Of a stretch of DNA of 64,000 nucleotides, positions 1-10,926 are shown in pieces. Numbering within the stretch: the first letter of the stretch is position 1; each line of letters opens with the position of its first letter. This stretch comes from Thermodesulfobacteriota bacterium (lineage in GTDB: Bacteria; Desulfobacterota_D; UBA1144; Nemesobacterales; UBA2774). The notes beneath the pieces are model-generated. The model searched no databases. It saw only the letters and a list, made by a program, of their open reading frames with translations, and was not told where the DNA came from. The DNA lies in the NCBI GenBank assembly GCA_965223335.1, contig OZ244991.1, positions 2,048,001 to 2,112,000 of the forward strand. The letters run 5' to 3'. The position numbers and the translations under genes were made by a program.

Positions 1-1
1 T

Positions 2-772
2 GTGTCTTTCAATGCCGCATTACGTGCAGCGGGAGGTGTGCTGCAGTCGATAGACTTTATACTGGACGGTCTTATAGATATGTCTTTTCCACTGGTTAGA
101 CCCCCAGGCCACCACGCCGAGCGGGACCGGGCAATGGGGTTTTGCCTCTTTAACAACGTTGCGGTGGGGGCCTCATATTTAATCAACAAAAAAGGTAAGG
201 AGCGAGTGTTGGTGGTGGACTGGGATATCCACCACGGTAACGGTACCCAGAACATGTTCTATGACAGCCCGCAGGTGTTGTATTTTTCTACGCACCAGTA
301 CCCCTACTACCCCGGCACAGGGGGCCCAGGCGAGGTAGGCGCGGACAAGGGTAAGGGATACAATGTGAACGTGCCCCTGCAACCCGGCATGGGCGATAGG
401 GAATACGTAAAGATATTCACCGATATACTGCTGCCTGTCATAGACCAGTACCGCCCGGAGTTCCTATTGGTCTCGGCAGGCTTCGATACATATTACGAGG
501 ACCCATTGGGCGGGATGAAGGTAACCCCCGAGGGGTTTGCGATGCAGGCGCGCATTCTAAAAGAACAGGCCGAGAAGTACTGCGACGGCAATATCATATA
601 CCTTCTAGAGGGGGGGTATAACCTCGAGGGCCTCTGGCTCTCTGTAAAAGAGGTAATCGAAGAACTACTGGGCAAGAAAACCACAACCTACGACATAGGC
701 ATTGAGAGTACACTTGCGGATGGGGTAATAGATAATGTAAAGAAGGAGTATGCCCAGTACTGGGAGTTTTAA
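2..772 (+). CDS. Histone deacetylase family (Zn-dependent amidohydrolase), 5' end outside window
   Basis: Motifs RPPGHHA, GFCLFNNVAV, DWDIHHGNGTQ, SAGFD and LEGGY; the frame is open to the window edge. Confidence 0.93.
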   Translation: MSFNAALRAAGGVLQSIDFILDGLIDMSFPLVRPPGHHAERDRAMGFCLFNNVAVGASYLINKKGKERVLVVDWDIHHGNGTQNMFYDSPQVLYFSTHQYPYYPGTGGPGEVGADKGKGYNVNVPLQPGMGDREYVKIFTDILLPVIDQYRPEFLLVSAGFDTYYEDPLGGMKVTPEGFAMQARILKEQAEKYCDGNIIYLLEGGYNLEGLWLSVKEVIEELLGKKTTTYDIGIESTLADGVIDNVKKEYAQYWEF

Positions 773-1593
773 TGTTTTTTGCTCTGCTTTCTGTAGTCCT
801 TGCCCTCTAGGTAAATAAACTCACACATCTCATAGAGCCTGGACGCTATGCGGTCCCCAACTCTCAGTTCCAGGATCTCGCGGTCCTCACCGATCTTGTT
901 TGCAATCTCGCGCGATACGAAGTTTGTAGTAATGAGGGTTTGCTTGGAGGCGTTATAGCGTTTGGAGATAAGCTGGTCGAGGATGTTTAGCTCCCATTCG
1001 TTACTCTTGCCTTTCCCGAGCTCGTCAATGACAAGCACATCGGTCTCTATGAGCGGTGCAATCACCTCGTTCTCGGGCATTCCTAGGGAATAGGTCTCTT
1101 TAAGCTCCGACAGCAGGTAAAAGAAGTCTTTAAACATGCAGTTTACACCGTGCTTAAGCGTGAGTTCTGATATTGTGCCCACAGCCAAGTGGGTTTTGCC
1201 GAGCCCTGAGGGGCCCATAAGCAGGTAGCCGCGCTTAGTAGGGTATTTTTTTACAAACTCTTCTTTGGCGTACTTAAGCGCCATCTGAAGTGATTTGTTT
1301 ATCTTCTGTGGTACAAGGCCGGCATCGACCTGGAGCACATGGGAATACTTGGCCGGGATCTGGGCTAGGTTATAGAGTTTGATGTTTCTTCTTATCACTC
1401 CGCATCGCACACATGGGGCCAGGTAGGAGTAACCGTTATCTTTGGTGCGAAATGTCTGACCGCTGCCCCCGCATTCGCTGCAGGTCCGGACACACTCGCA
1501 TGTCTCAGCCCTAGACAGGTTCTCGTTTACTACAACCTTGAGTCCCGATCCGTAGCAGTCGTCGCACCCGACCTTGTTCTTTAGTTTTGCCAT
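769..1593 (-). CDS. DnaC/DnaI/IstB-like AAA+ ATPase with N-terminal Cys-rich zinc finger
   Basis: Walker A GPSGLGKT, Walker B VLVIDELG, TLITTN and RIASRL motifs; N-terminal CDDCYGSG, CEC, CSECGGSG and CVRC. Confidence 0.85.
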   Translation of the reverse strand: MAKLKNKVGCDDCYGSGLKVVVNENLSRAETCECVRTCSECGGSGQTFRTKDNGYSYLAPCVRCGVIRRNIKLYNLAQIPAKYSHVLQVDAGLVPQKINKSLQMALKYAKEEFVKKYPTKRGYLLMGPSGLGKTHLAVGTISELTLKHGVNCMFKDFFYLLSELKETYSLGMPENEVIAPLIETDVLVIDELGKGKSNEWELNILDQLISKRYNASKQTLITTNFVSREIANKIGEDREILELRVGDRIASRLYEMCEFIYLEGKDYRKQSKKH

Positions 1594-1607
1594 TTTTTTA
1601 TTTGCTC

Positions 1608-2252
1608 TCAGTCAAGCTCGTTGATCTCGAATTTATCCTTTATGATATCGTTTCGAAACGATAAGAGGCTCTCTTCGTATGCCTCTTGGGTCATCTGCTG
1701 TTTTCTGGGTTCGAGCATAGCTTGTGCCTTATCATTAATATTGCTCTGCTCATCAGCGCTTAATGTGAAGAACGCTTGGTCTAAACATTCATTCTCAATC
1801 CTAAATAGCTCGTTCATTAAATTTGTGTTGCCCTCGGAGATCGACTCTAGCTTACTGCGCATAGCAGTGTAGTACGACTTTGCAAACCGGTTTGGGCTCT
1901 GGCCGATCAGTGCACTCAGTTTGTTTATATATCCGTCTTTAGAGCCGTTGTCGACCTTCTCTTCTTGAGTCTCATTCGTCGATACCGGTGTGTTGTCGCT
2001 CGATAGCGTAATCATATCCTCTACGTATGTCGCACAGCTATGGAGGTCAACCCTCTTGTTGTCGATTTTTATATTTCGCTCTTTATCTTGAAAAGCCGAT
2101 CGCAGCCCTCTCAAAACCACCTCTTTCGGTACGTTTCTTTGCTTCCATTCGGCTATTTTGTTGTAGTCTCTGGAAGATAGCATTATCCCCTGACCGGACA
2201 GAGACAAAAAATACTCTTCTATATCTTTAATATAGGTGTCGCTTTGCGTCAT
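1608..2252 (-). CDS. Conserved hypothetical protein with a possible DnaD/DnaB-like N-terminal domain
   Basis: 214-aa ORF 14 bp upstream of the ATPase; segment IEEYF..LSSRDYNKIAEW...VPKEVVLRGL..AF resembles the DnaD-type helical domain pattern. Confidence 0.6.
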   Translation of the reverse strand: MTQSDTYIKDIEEYFLSLSGQGIMLSSRDYNKIAEWKQRNVPKEVVLRGLRSAFQDKERNIKIDNKRVDLHSCATYVEDMITLSSDNTPVSTNETQEEKVDNGSKDGYINKLSALIGQSPNRFAKSYYTAMRSKLESISEGNTNLMNELFRIENECLDQAFFTLSADEQSNINDKAQAMLEPRKQQMTQEAYEESLLSFRNDIIKDKFEINELD

Positions 2253-2318
2253 GCCTAAATGTTTATTGTAAAATAAAAACCGGTCTATTTGAAGCGGTCT
2301 TGTTGTGTTTTATCGGGC

Positions 2319-2993
2319 TTAGCCGTTTGCCCGGGCCCTCATGTTCATGATTGTCTCTTTATAATCCGGGGATTTGAAAATACCTGAGCCCGATACTATT
2401 ACATCGGCGCCCGCCCCGGCGACGAGATGAATGTTGTCGAGCTTTATCCCGCCGTCTACCTCTATTAAAGGTTTATGTTCCAGATTGCTGGTGTCGAGGA
2501 TCTCACGAAGACGTTTTACTTTGGGGACCATGGACTCTATAAAGCTCTGCCCCGCGAACCCGGGCTCCACAGTCATGATGAGCACCATGTCGACATACTC
2601 TATGACCTCTTCTAGCACCGATAAGGGTGTGGTGGGGTTCAAGGCTATCCCGGCATTAACCCCATGGGAGCGGATCCCCGAAAGAGTGCTATAGAGCAGT
2701 TTGCAGGTTTCTATCTGCACAGTGATCCCTTTTACAAACGGTTTGCCGGCCTCTATGAAAACCTCGGCAAAGTAATCTGGGTTATCGATCATGAGGTGTA
2801 TATCCATCGGCGGCGGGTCAGTCTGTGTGAGGGCTTTTACAACAGGCACCCCAAGGCTTATGTTCGGCACAAAATGGCCGTCCATAACGTCTACATGGAT
2901 CCAGTCGGCCCCGGCATCTTTGACTGCGGTGATCTCTTCACCGAGCCGCGAAAAATCGGATGATAATATGGATGGAACTATTAGTTTTGTCAT
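2319..2993 (-). CDS. rpe: Ribulose-phosphate 3-epimerase
   Basis: PSILS, IHVDVMDGHFVPN, MTVEPGFAGQSF and IEVDGGI motifs. Confidence 0.97.
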   Translation of the reverse strand: MTKLIVPSILSSDFSRLGEEITAVKDAGADWIHVDVMDGHFVPNISLGVPVVKALTQTDPPPMDIHLMIDNPDYFAEVFIEAGKPFVKGITVQIETCKLLYSTLSGIRSHGVNAGIALNPTTPLSVLEEVIEYVDMVLIMTVEPGFAGQSFIESMVPKVKRLREILDTSNLEHKPLIEVDGGIKLDNIHLVAGAGADVIVSGSGIFKSPDYKETIMNMRARANG

Positions 2994-3127
2994 CTCTCAA
3001 CCTTTGGTCTTAATGATTTGTGTGTTTATTAATGATTAGAGTTGAGGTGCTAGTATACCATGTAGCACCGCTTGTACACACAATATCGTGATCACCATGT
3101 GTCGAGCACCGGAGACTCTCAATATTC

Positions 3128-3156
3128 TTGACAGGGGAATTAAAACAATTTACCAT
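3128..3156 (+). promoter_or_regulatory. sigma70-type promoter for the metK operon
   Basis: TTGACA-N17-TACCAT ending 60 bp upstream of the metK ATG; AAGGAAG RBS-like site before the ATG. Confidence 0.65.
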
Positions 3157-3216
3157 TTCCGTTTTCTATCATACCTTTATCATCCTAATATCAATCATTA
3201 AATAAAGGAAGAATGT

Positions 3217-4377
3217 ATGCCTCACAAAAATTATATATTTACATCGGAATCTGTAACCGAAGGGCATCCGGACAAGATGGCCGACCAGATTTCTGATTCT
3301 GTTTTAGACGCAATGATAGCCCAAGACCCTAGGAGCCGAGTCGCCTGTGAAACGCTGGTGACAACGGGGATGATAGTAGTCGCGGGAGAGATCACTACAA
3401 AGGCCACTGTGGACATATCGGATGTGGCACGCAGTACTGTAAGGGATATCGGATACACTGACAGCCGTATGGGTTTTGACGCCGACACCTGTTCTGTGCT
3501 GCTTTCGGTAGATAAACAGTCACCCGACATTGCTCAGGGTGTGGACGCGGGTGACGATAAGCAGCAGGGGGCCGGGGACCAGGGCCTTATGTTTGGCTAT
3601 GCCACAGCGGAGACCGAGGAGTTTATGCCCTCTCCTATCATATATGCGCACAGGCTGGTTAAGCAGCTAACGGATAAGCGAAAAGACGGTACACTGCCGT
3701 TTTTGAGACCTGACGGTAAATCCCAGGTTACGGTTAAGTACGAGAACAATAAACCGGTTGGGATCGACACCGTGGTAGTCTCATCTCAGCATTCTGATGA
3801 TGTGGATAACAAGACCATATATGAAGGGATTAGAGAGGAAGTAATTAACACTACGCTTGATACAGAGATGTTAACAAACGACACAAAAATATTTATCAAC
3901 CCTACCGGCAGGTTCGTCACGGGCGGCCCGATGGGTGATGCAGGGCTTACGGGCAGAAAGATAATCATAGACACATACGGCGGATGGGCGCGCCACGGCG
4001 GAGGGGCATTTTCGGGAAAGGACCCCACCAAGGTGGACCGAAGCGCTGCGTATATGGCGCGTTATGTTGCGAAGAACGTAGTAGCGGCAGGGTTTGCAAC
4101 CGAGTGCGAGGTACAGCTTGCGTATGCTATAGGTGTGGCTGAGCCGGTGAGCGTTATGGTAGAGACTTTTGGTACATCCACTGTGCCCGAGAGCAAGATC
4201 GAGGCCGCTATTAGGGAAGTATATGATCTTACTCCCGCAGGTATAATTACATCGCTCGATCTACTGAAACCCATATACAGAGATACGGCTGCATACGGTC
4301 ATTTCGGCAGGCACGAGTCCCAATTTACTTGGGAGCATACGGATAAAATATCCGACCTGGAAAGAGCAATAGGCTAG
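3217..4377 (+). CDS. metK: S-adenosylmethionine synthetase
   Basis: [19 protein letters not shown] and GGGAFSGKD signatures. Confidence 0.99.
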   Translation: MPHKNYIFTSESVTEGHPDKMADQISDSVLDAMIAQDPRSRVACETLVTTGMIVVAGEITTKATVDISDVARSTVRDIGYTDSRMGFDADTCSVLLSVDKQSPDIAQGVDAGDDKQQGAGDQGLMFGYATAETEEFMPSPIIYAHRLVKQLTDKRKDGTLPFLRPDGKSQVTVKYENNKPVGIDTVVVSSQHSDDVDNKTIYEGIREEVINTTLDTEMLTNDTKIFINPTGRFVTGGPMGDAGLTGRKIIIDTYGGWARHGGGAFSGKDPTKVDRSAAYMARYVAKNVVAAGFATECEVQLAYAIGVAEPVSVMVETFGTSTVPESKIEAAIREVYDLTPAGIITSLDLLKPIYRDTAAYGHFGRHESQFTWEHTDKISDLERAIG

Positions 4378-4406
4378 AACCAAAACACTAGAGACACAAT
4401 AGATAG

Positions 4407-5675
<1,269 letters not shown>

Positions 5676-5700
5676 TACTAAGGTCGTAACCTTAAACATT

Positions 5701-6588
5701 ATGCAAAAACTGCATGACTCCTTTCTCTCGTATCTTGCGGTTGAAAAAGGTTTGTCTACAAACACCCTGGAGTCATATGGCAGGGACCTATCTAAACTGT
5801 TTGCCTTTCTGGATAAACAAGGTGTAAATGACATAGACGGGGTCGGTATTGCTGAGCTTAGGTCTTATATAGCGCACTTAAGTAAGCAGGGTTTTAGCGC
5901 ACGCTCGATTGCACGGTCTGTAGTATCCATAAGGCAGTTCTTTAAGTTCCTACTCGCCCGTGAAATCATAAAGGACGACCCCTCCGCACTTTTAGAGTCG
6001 CCCAAGATGTCTAAATCCATCCCGTCTGTGATCTCGCTCGATGAAGTCGAGTTGATTCTGGGTGCTCCTAGCGATGCAAAGCCCGAGGGTATTAGAGACA
6101 GGGCGATGCTCGAGATGCTCTACGCCACTGGGATTCGTGTAACTGAGCTCATAAGCATTAGGCTTAATGACGTTAATTTCGAGCACGGATTTGTAATTGT
6201 CTATGGTAAAGGGTCCAAAGAGAGGATTGTGCCCATTGGAGAGCATTCCAGGGAGTCTCTGGGTACCTATCTAAAGAGCGCAAGGCAGAGTTTGCTAAAG
6301 CAAAAGGAGTCTCAATACCTGTTTGTGACCAGGCGCGCAGATAAGATGACGCGCCAGGGGTTTTGGAAGATAATTAAAAACTATGCTCTCGTGGCGGGGG
6401 TCCACAAAAAAATAAGTCCCCACACGCTTAGGCACTCGTTTGCCACACACCTGCTTGAGAGAGGTGCCGACCTGAGGACGATCCAGCTTATGCTGGGGCA
6501 CTCGGATATTTCCACGACCGAGATCTACACACATGTGGAAACAGAGAGGCTTAAGGAGGTGCATAAAAAGCACCATCCCAGATCGTAA
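5701..6588 (+). CDS. xerD: Site-specific tyrosine recombinase XerD
   Basis: RDRAMLEMLYATGIRVTEL, GKGSKERIVP, HTLRHSFATHLLERGADLR and LGH..ISTTEIYTHV; C-terminal HHPR. Confidence 0.92.
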   Translation: MQKLHDSFLSYLAVEKGLSTNTLESYGRDLSKLFAFLDKQGVNDIDGVGIAELRSYIAHLSKQGFSARSIARSVVSIRQFFKFLLAREIIKDDPSALLESPKMSKSIPSVISLDEVELILGAPSDAKPEGIRDRAMLEMLYATGIRVTELISIRLNDVNFEHGFVIVYGKGSKERIVPIGEHSRESLGTYLKSARQSLLKQKESQYLFVTRRADKMTRQGFWKIIKNYALVAGVHKKISPHTLRHSFATHLLERGADLRTIQLMLGHSDISTTEIYTHVETERLKEVHKKHHPRS

Positions 6589-6644
6589 ATTACAGTCTAT
6601 CGTGTATATTAGTTCAGAATTCGCGAGTACTACTTAGTCCAACT

Positions 6645-7331
6645 ATGATATTTGGCAACTTTGACCTATCATTCATATTAATCCAGGCCCCTGTAATTCT
6701 ATTGTCGTTAACCGTACATGAGTACTTCCACGCCTGGACTGCTTACAAACTCGGCGATCCTACAGCAGAGATGCAGGGCCGTCTCACACTTAATCCAATC
6801 TCTCACTTGGACCCCATAGGGACAATACTGATGTTCATAGCAGGGTTCGGGTGGGCTAAGCCTGTGCCGATTAATGCACATAACTTCGAAGACCCGAAAA
6901 AAGGCACACTTTTGGTTGCGATAGCAGGGCCGCTTTCAAACCTCGGTATGGCTATAATTGCAGGTGTGTTGCTAAGGGCAATCATACCCAAGTTTGTCTC
7001 AGGGGGTTTAGAGACAACGGGGTTTTATCCGATTTTCATAATAATTCTAATACTTACGGTTGTATACGGTGTGGCGCTTGCCATTTTCAACATGCTGCCA
7101 ATCCCCCCGTTGGACGGATCGAGGGTAGTGTATGGCATCTTGCCGAATAAGTACCTATATACCTATAGCAGGTTCGAGCCTTATGGAATAATATTTTTAT
7201 TTGCGCTATTTATTTTCGGCAGGGAGATTTTCGGATACATTTTGTGGTACCCTGTTTCAATTATCACAGAGGTGTTTGCCGGCTATAGTTCCGGCGAGCT
7301 CTGGGGTTTAGTGGCCCAGCTGATCAGATGA
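6645..7331 (+). CDS. Site-2 protease (M50 family) membrane metalloprotease
   Basis: HEYFH, AGPLSN and FNMLPIPPLDG motifs; several hydrophobic helices. Confidence 0.93.
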   Translation: MIFGNFDLSFILIQAPVILLSLTVHEYFHAWTAYKLGDPTAEMQGRLTLNPISHLDPIGTILMFIAGFGWAKPVPINAHNFEDPKKGTLLVAIAGPLSNLGMAIIAGVLLRAIIPKFVSGGLETTGFYPIFIIILILTVVYGVALAIFNMLPIPPLDGSRVVYGILPNKYLYTYSRFEPYGIIFLFALFIFGREIFGYILWYPVSIITEVFAGYSSGELWGLVAQLIR

Positions 7332-8086
7332 AGAATCAGGAATTTAACTTTGACCCTAAAGAATCTGGCGAACCATGCTTGGTGAAGCTACAGCTATTCG
7401 AAGGGCCGCTTGACCTTCTTCTCCACTTAATAAAGAAGAACGAAGTCGACATCTACGATATACCCGTTGCTAAGATCACGGAGCAGTACCTGGAGTACCT
7501 GGACTTTATGAAGGAGCTAAACCTACATGTGGTCGGGGAGTACCTGGTGATAGCTGCGGAGTTGGGGTTAATTAAATCGAGAATGCTCCTTCCTAAATCT
7601 GTGGTGGAGGAAGAAGAAGGCGAGGACCCGAGGGCAGAGCTTGTAAGACGTCTCGTAGAGTATCAGAGGTATAAAGAGGCGGCGGATGACCTTTGGACCA
7701 CAGATATACTGGGGCGGGATGTGCATAAGCGCGAGATAAACGAGGCGGATCGCATGGTGAACGAAGAGGTCGAGATGCTGCCGGTTGACCTGTGGGCTTT
7801 GATCGAGGCGTTTAGGGATTTCTATGAGCGGCGAAGTGAGGCCTGGAAGAACGATATAAGCTATACAGTTGAGCATATATCGGTAGAAGACAAGATGGCC
7901 GAGTTGATCTACAAATTGAAATCCAGAGAGAACATGAGCTTTCAGGATGTGATTAACGACTGTGAGACTAAACTTGAGTATGTTGTTTGCTTTCTGGCTC
8001 TCCTCGAGCTCATAAGATCGGATTCTGTTCAGGTGTATCAGGAGGGCCCATACGGTATGATACAATTGTCGTACACGGGAGAGTAA
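7328..8086 (+). CDS. scpA: Segregation and condensation protein A
   Basis: FEGPLDLLLHLI, KSRMLLP, EDPRAELVRRL and FLALLELIR motifs. Confidence 0.96.
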   Translation: MKNQEFNFDPKESGEPCLVKLQLFEGPLDLLLHLIKKNEVDIYDIPVAKITEQYLEYLDFMKELNLHVVGEYLVIAAELGLIKSRMLLPKSVVEEEEGEDPRAELVRRLVEYQRYKEAADDLWTTDILGRDVHKREINEADRMVNEEVEMLPVDLWALIEAFRDFYERRSEAWKNDISYTVEHISVEDKMAELIYKLKSRENMSFQDVINDCETKLEYVVCFLALLELIRSDSVQVYQEGPYGMIQLSYTGE

Positions 8087-8090
8087 GCAG

Positions 8091-8654
8091 TTGGACAACG
8101 ACTATATTAAAAAGGCTATAGAGTGCATTGTTTTTATATCGGACAAACCTGTTACGGTTGATAACCTGATGCAGGTGTTCCCGGACAAAAAAAAGTCGGA
8201 GCTAAAGAAGCTACTGGCGGAACTGTCTGAGATGTGGGACGGGATGGCGAGGGGCTTTAAATTGGTAGAGGTTGCGGGTGGGTTCCAATTTAGGACCGAT
8301 CCTGAGTATGCAGATGATCTTGCAAACTACAATAAGAAAGTGAGGAAGTTTCGCCTGAGTAAGGCGGCCCTTGAGGTACTGGCGATTGCAGCTTATAAAC
8401 AACCTGTTACACGCACCGAGATCGACCAGATCCGGGGTGTTGATTCATCGGGTGTAGTGTCGCTGCTATTGGACCGCAGACTCCTCCACATAAAGGGAAG
8501 GAAAGAGGTTATCGGAAGGCCGTTTCTATACGGGACCACCGATGAGTTCCTGGAAGTATTCAACCTAAAGAGTCTAAACGATTTGCCCACGCTAAAAGAG
8601 CTTGACGAGATAAGCAGTAACATAGCTGAACCCCCTACCCTACAGTCAGAATAA
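8091..8654 (+). CDS. scpB: Segregation and condensation protein B (TTG start)
   Basis: LSKAALEVLAIAAYKQPVTR.EI.QIRGV and GRPFLYGTT.EFL..F.LKSL.DLP motifs. Confidence 0.96.
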   Translation: MDNDYIKKAIECIVFISDKPVTVDNLMQVFPDKKKSELKKLLAELSEMWDGMARGFKLVEVAGGFQFRTDPEYADDLANYNKKVRKFRLSKAALEVLAIAAYKQPVTRTEIDQIRGVDSSGVVSLLLDRRLLHIKGRKEVIGRPFLYGTTDEFLEVFNLKSLNDLPTLKELDEISSNIAEPPTLQSE

Positions 8655-8686
8655 AATCTGATATATTAATTGACAGGCTGTTACTT

Positions 8687-9430
8687 ATGTTTAGCAAAAA
8701 CCTATTACAGGAAATTAAGGATTATTGTGCTGTTTGGGGTTTTAACATTTTTAAAACTATAAGCACTGACTTATACGATGGCCATGTACATTCAGCGAAG
8801 AAAATAAAACAGCGGTATCCAAGTGCTAGGTCCATTATCTTGATAGGTTTTGCTGGCAATGAGTATTGGGATGTGCTTAAGAACTATATGCATGAAAACC
8901 CAGAGTTTGCAGAGGATGATCCGGACCCGATAGATAACTATACTAGAGTAGTACTAACCGGTATATCTAATCTGCTTTTGTCCAGTGAACATACTCATGA
9001 TGTAGTGTTTCCATTTGGTGAGGACTCCCGGGCTCTGGATTTTATCGCTCTGGGTGAGTTGTGCGGGGTCGGTGTGAGGAGCATGCTAGGTATTCTACTT
9101 CACCCCGAATACGGTACATGGATATCGCTTAGAGCTGCAATAATGCTAGAGGACGAACTTAGCATTTATGATGAGCCCCTATACAAATTTAATCCGTGCG
9201 TACCGTGTGAGAAGCCATGTGTTGTCAGCTGTCCTGCATCTGTTATATCCGCAGAGCAAGGCTGGGACTGGGAGGCGTGTATGGACTATCGCCTGGAAAC
9301 TGATACATGCTCTACCCACTGTGCTTCTAGGAGGGCTTGCCCGTATGGCTCGGAGCATCAATACTCTGAAGCCGAGCAGCTCTATCATCACAGGCGTGTG
9401 ATAGAGAATGTTCTAAAAGGGAAATTGTGA
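8687..9430 (+). CDS. QueG/CblC-like iron-sulfur protein
   Basis: HPEYGTWISLRAAI motif followed by CVPCEKPCVVSCP and C..C...C.SRRACP Cys clusters. Confidence 0.7.
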   Translation: MFSKNLLQEIKDYCAVWGFNIFKTISTDLYDGHVHSAKKIKQRYPSARSIILIGFAGNEYWDVLKNYMHENPEFAEDDPDPIDNYTRVVLTGISNLLLSSEHTHDVVFPFGEDSRALDFIALGELCGVGVRSMLGILLHPEYGTWISLRAAIMLEDELSIYDEPLYKFNPCVPCEKPCVVSCPASVISAEQGWDWEACMDYRLETDTCSTHCASRRACPYGSEHQYSEAEQLYHHRRVIENVLKGKL

Positions 9431-9555
9431 CCGCGCACTCATCGGGCACAGCAGTTTTCCTTGACTGAGTTTAGATCGTAGTGATAATAATGGAATCGCT
9501 AATTAAATGAAGGGTATTGCTTGCCATCTAGATTAGTCAGTTCATCCCACTCGAA

Positions 9556-10917
9556 ATGAATACTGAACCAACAAAAATCAATAGATCCACTAAACCCATG
9601 ATCGCTGTGGTGGGCCGCCCGAATGTGGGGAAATCCACTCTATTTAACCGCATAATTCAGCAGCGAAAAGCCATAGTTGAGGATATTCCGGGGGTGACCA
9701 GGGACCGTATCTATGCCGATGCGGAATGGGATGGGTACGAATTTAGCCTGATCGACACAGGCGGGTTTGATCCCGAGTCCGAGGAGCTCTATCCATCGTT
9801 GATCAAGGATCAGATTCATATCGCCATAGAGGAAGCCGACGTCATTTTAGCTGTATTTGACGGAGAGCAGGGTGTGATGCCCTATGACGCGGATGTGGTA
9901 GAGTTGCTTAGAAGATCAGAGAAACCGGTGATATATGCGGTAAACAAAATAGACCACGAGCGGCACGAGCAGAGGAAGTACGACTTCCACAGTCTGGGCG
10001 TCGAGGATATGGTGTGTATCTCGGCGCAGCATGGAAGGAACATAAACGATCTGCTGGATGAGATTGTGAGAAGGCTCCCGCCTTATGACGTCGAATCCGA
10101 ACAAGACGATGAAGACGTAATCGGGATTGCAGTGCTTGGTAAACCCAACGTAGGTAAATCCACATTGGTCAACTACATACTCGGTGAGCAACGGCTTATC
10201 ACCAGCCCTGTCCCAGGCACCACGAGGGATTCTATAGACAGCTATGTGGAGAGGGACGGCAAAAAGTATCTGCTGATCGACACTGCCGGGATAAGGAGGA
10301 AGTCCAGGGTTTCGCAAGTGCTGGAAAAGCATAGTGTCTTTAGGGCAGTACGTGCGATGGAGCGGGCAGACATCGTGCTGCTTATGATTGACGCCGAGGA
10401 AGGTCCCACACACCAGGATGCGAGGCTCGCAACTCTCGTGGAGGACAGAGGACGGGGATGCATCATACTGCTTAACAAATGGGACCTGGTGCCGCAGGAT
10501 GTGGCTAAAACACCGGGGATAGAAAACATTCTTAGGGATAAGCTCTTGGCTGTGAAGTTTGCTCCAGTGGTTATAATATCGGCGCTCACCGGACGGGGAG
10601 TGAATAAAATATTTCCGAAAATCGAAGAGGTATTTGAGAACTTCACGCGTAGAATACCGACAAAGAAACTAAACAGTTTTTTAAAGAAGCTGATCGAGGA
10701 AACCCCGCCCCCGCTCTATAAGGGGAAGGAGGTAAAGTTTTATTATATCTCGCAGCCTATGGTTAAACAGCCCACCTTTGTTATATTCACAAATCAAACA
10801 AAAGCCATAGCCGAGAATTATAAAAGGTTTATTGAGAATAGGTTTAGAGACGAGTTTGAGCTCACTGGTACCCCTGTAAAGTTCTTGTATAGGTCAGAGC
10901 GTGATAAGAAAAGATAA
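9556..10917 (+). CDS. der: Ribosome biogenesis GTPase Der (EngA)
   Basis: Two GTPase domains (GRPNVGKS/DTGG/NKID and GKPNVGKS/DTAG/NKWD) plus a KH-like C-terminus. Confidence 0.98.
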   Translation: MNTEPTKINRSTKPMIAVVGRPNVGKSTLFNRIIQQRKAIVEDIPGVTRDRIYADAEWDGYEFSLIDTGGFDPESEELYPSLIKDQIHIAIEEADVILAVFDGEQGVMPYDADVVELLRRSEKPVIYAVNKIDHERHEQRKYDFHSLGVEDMVCISAQHGRNINDLLDEIVRRLPPYDVESEQDDEDVIGIAVLGKPNVGKSTLVNYILGEQRLITSPVPGTTRDSIDSYVERDGKKYLLIDTAGIRRKSRVSQVLEKHSVFRAVRAMERADIVLLMIDAEEGPTHQDARLATLVEDRGRGCIILLNKWDLVPQDVAKTPGIENILRDKLLAVKFAPVVIISALTGRGVNKIFPKIEEVFENFTRRIPTKKLNSFLKKLIEETPPPLYKGKEVKFYYISQPMVKQPTFVIFTNQTKAIAENYKRFIENRFRDEFELTGTPVKFLYRSERDKKR

Positions 10918-10926
10918 ACTTTGAAT

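Noticed and set aside
769..1593. IS21 istB helper gene
   Set aside because: No istA transposase or terminal inverted repeats nearby, and the Cys-rich N-terminus is not IstB-like.
3157..3216. SAM riboswitch upstream of metK
   Set aside because: The leader after the predicted promoter is only about 55 nt, AT-rich, and lacks SAM-I or SAM-II core motifs.
5701..6588. Tyrosine recombinase as a phage or island integrase
   Set aside because: It has XerD-type motifs and lies in a housekeeping operon with scpAB.
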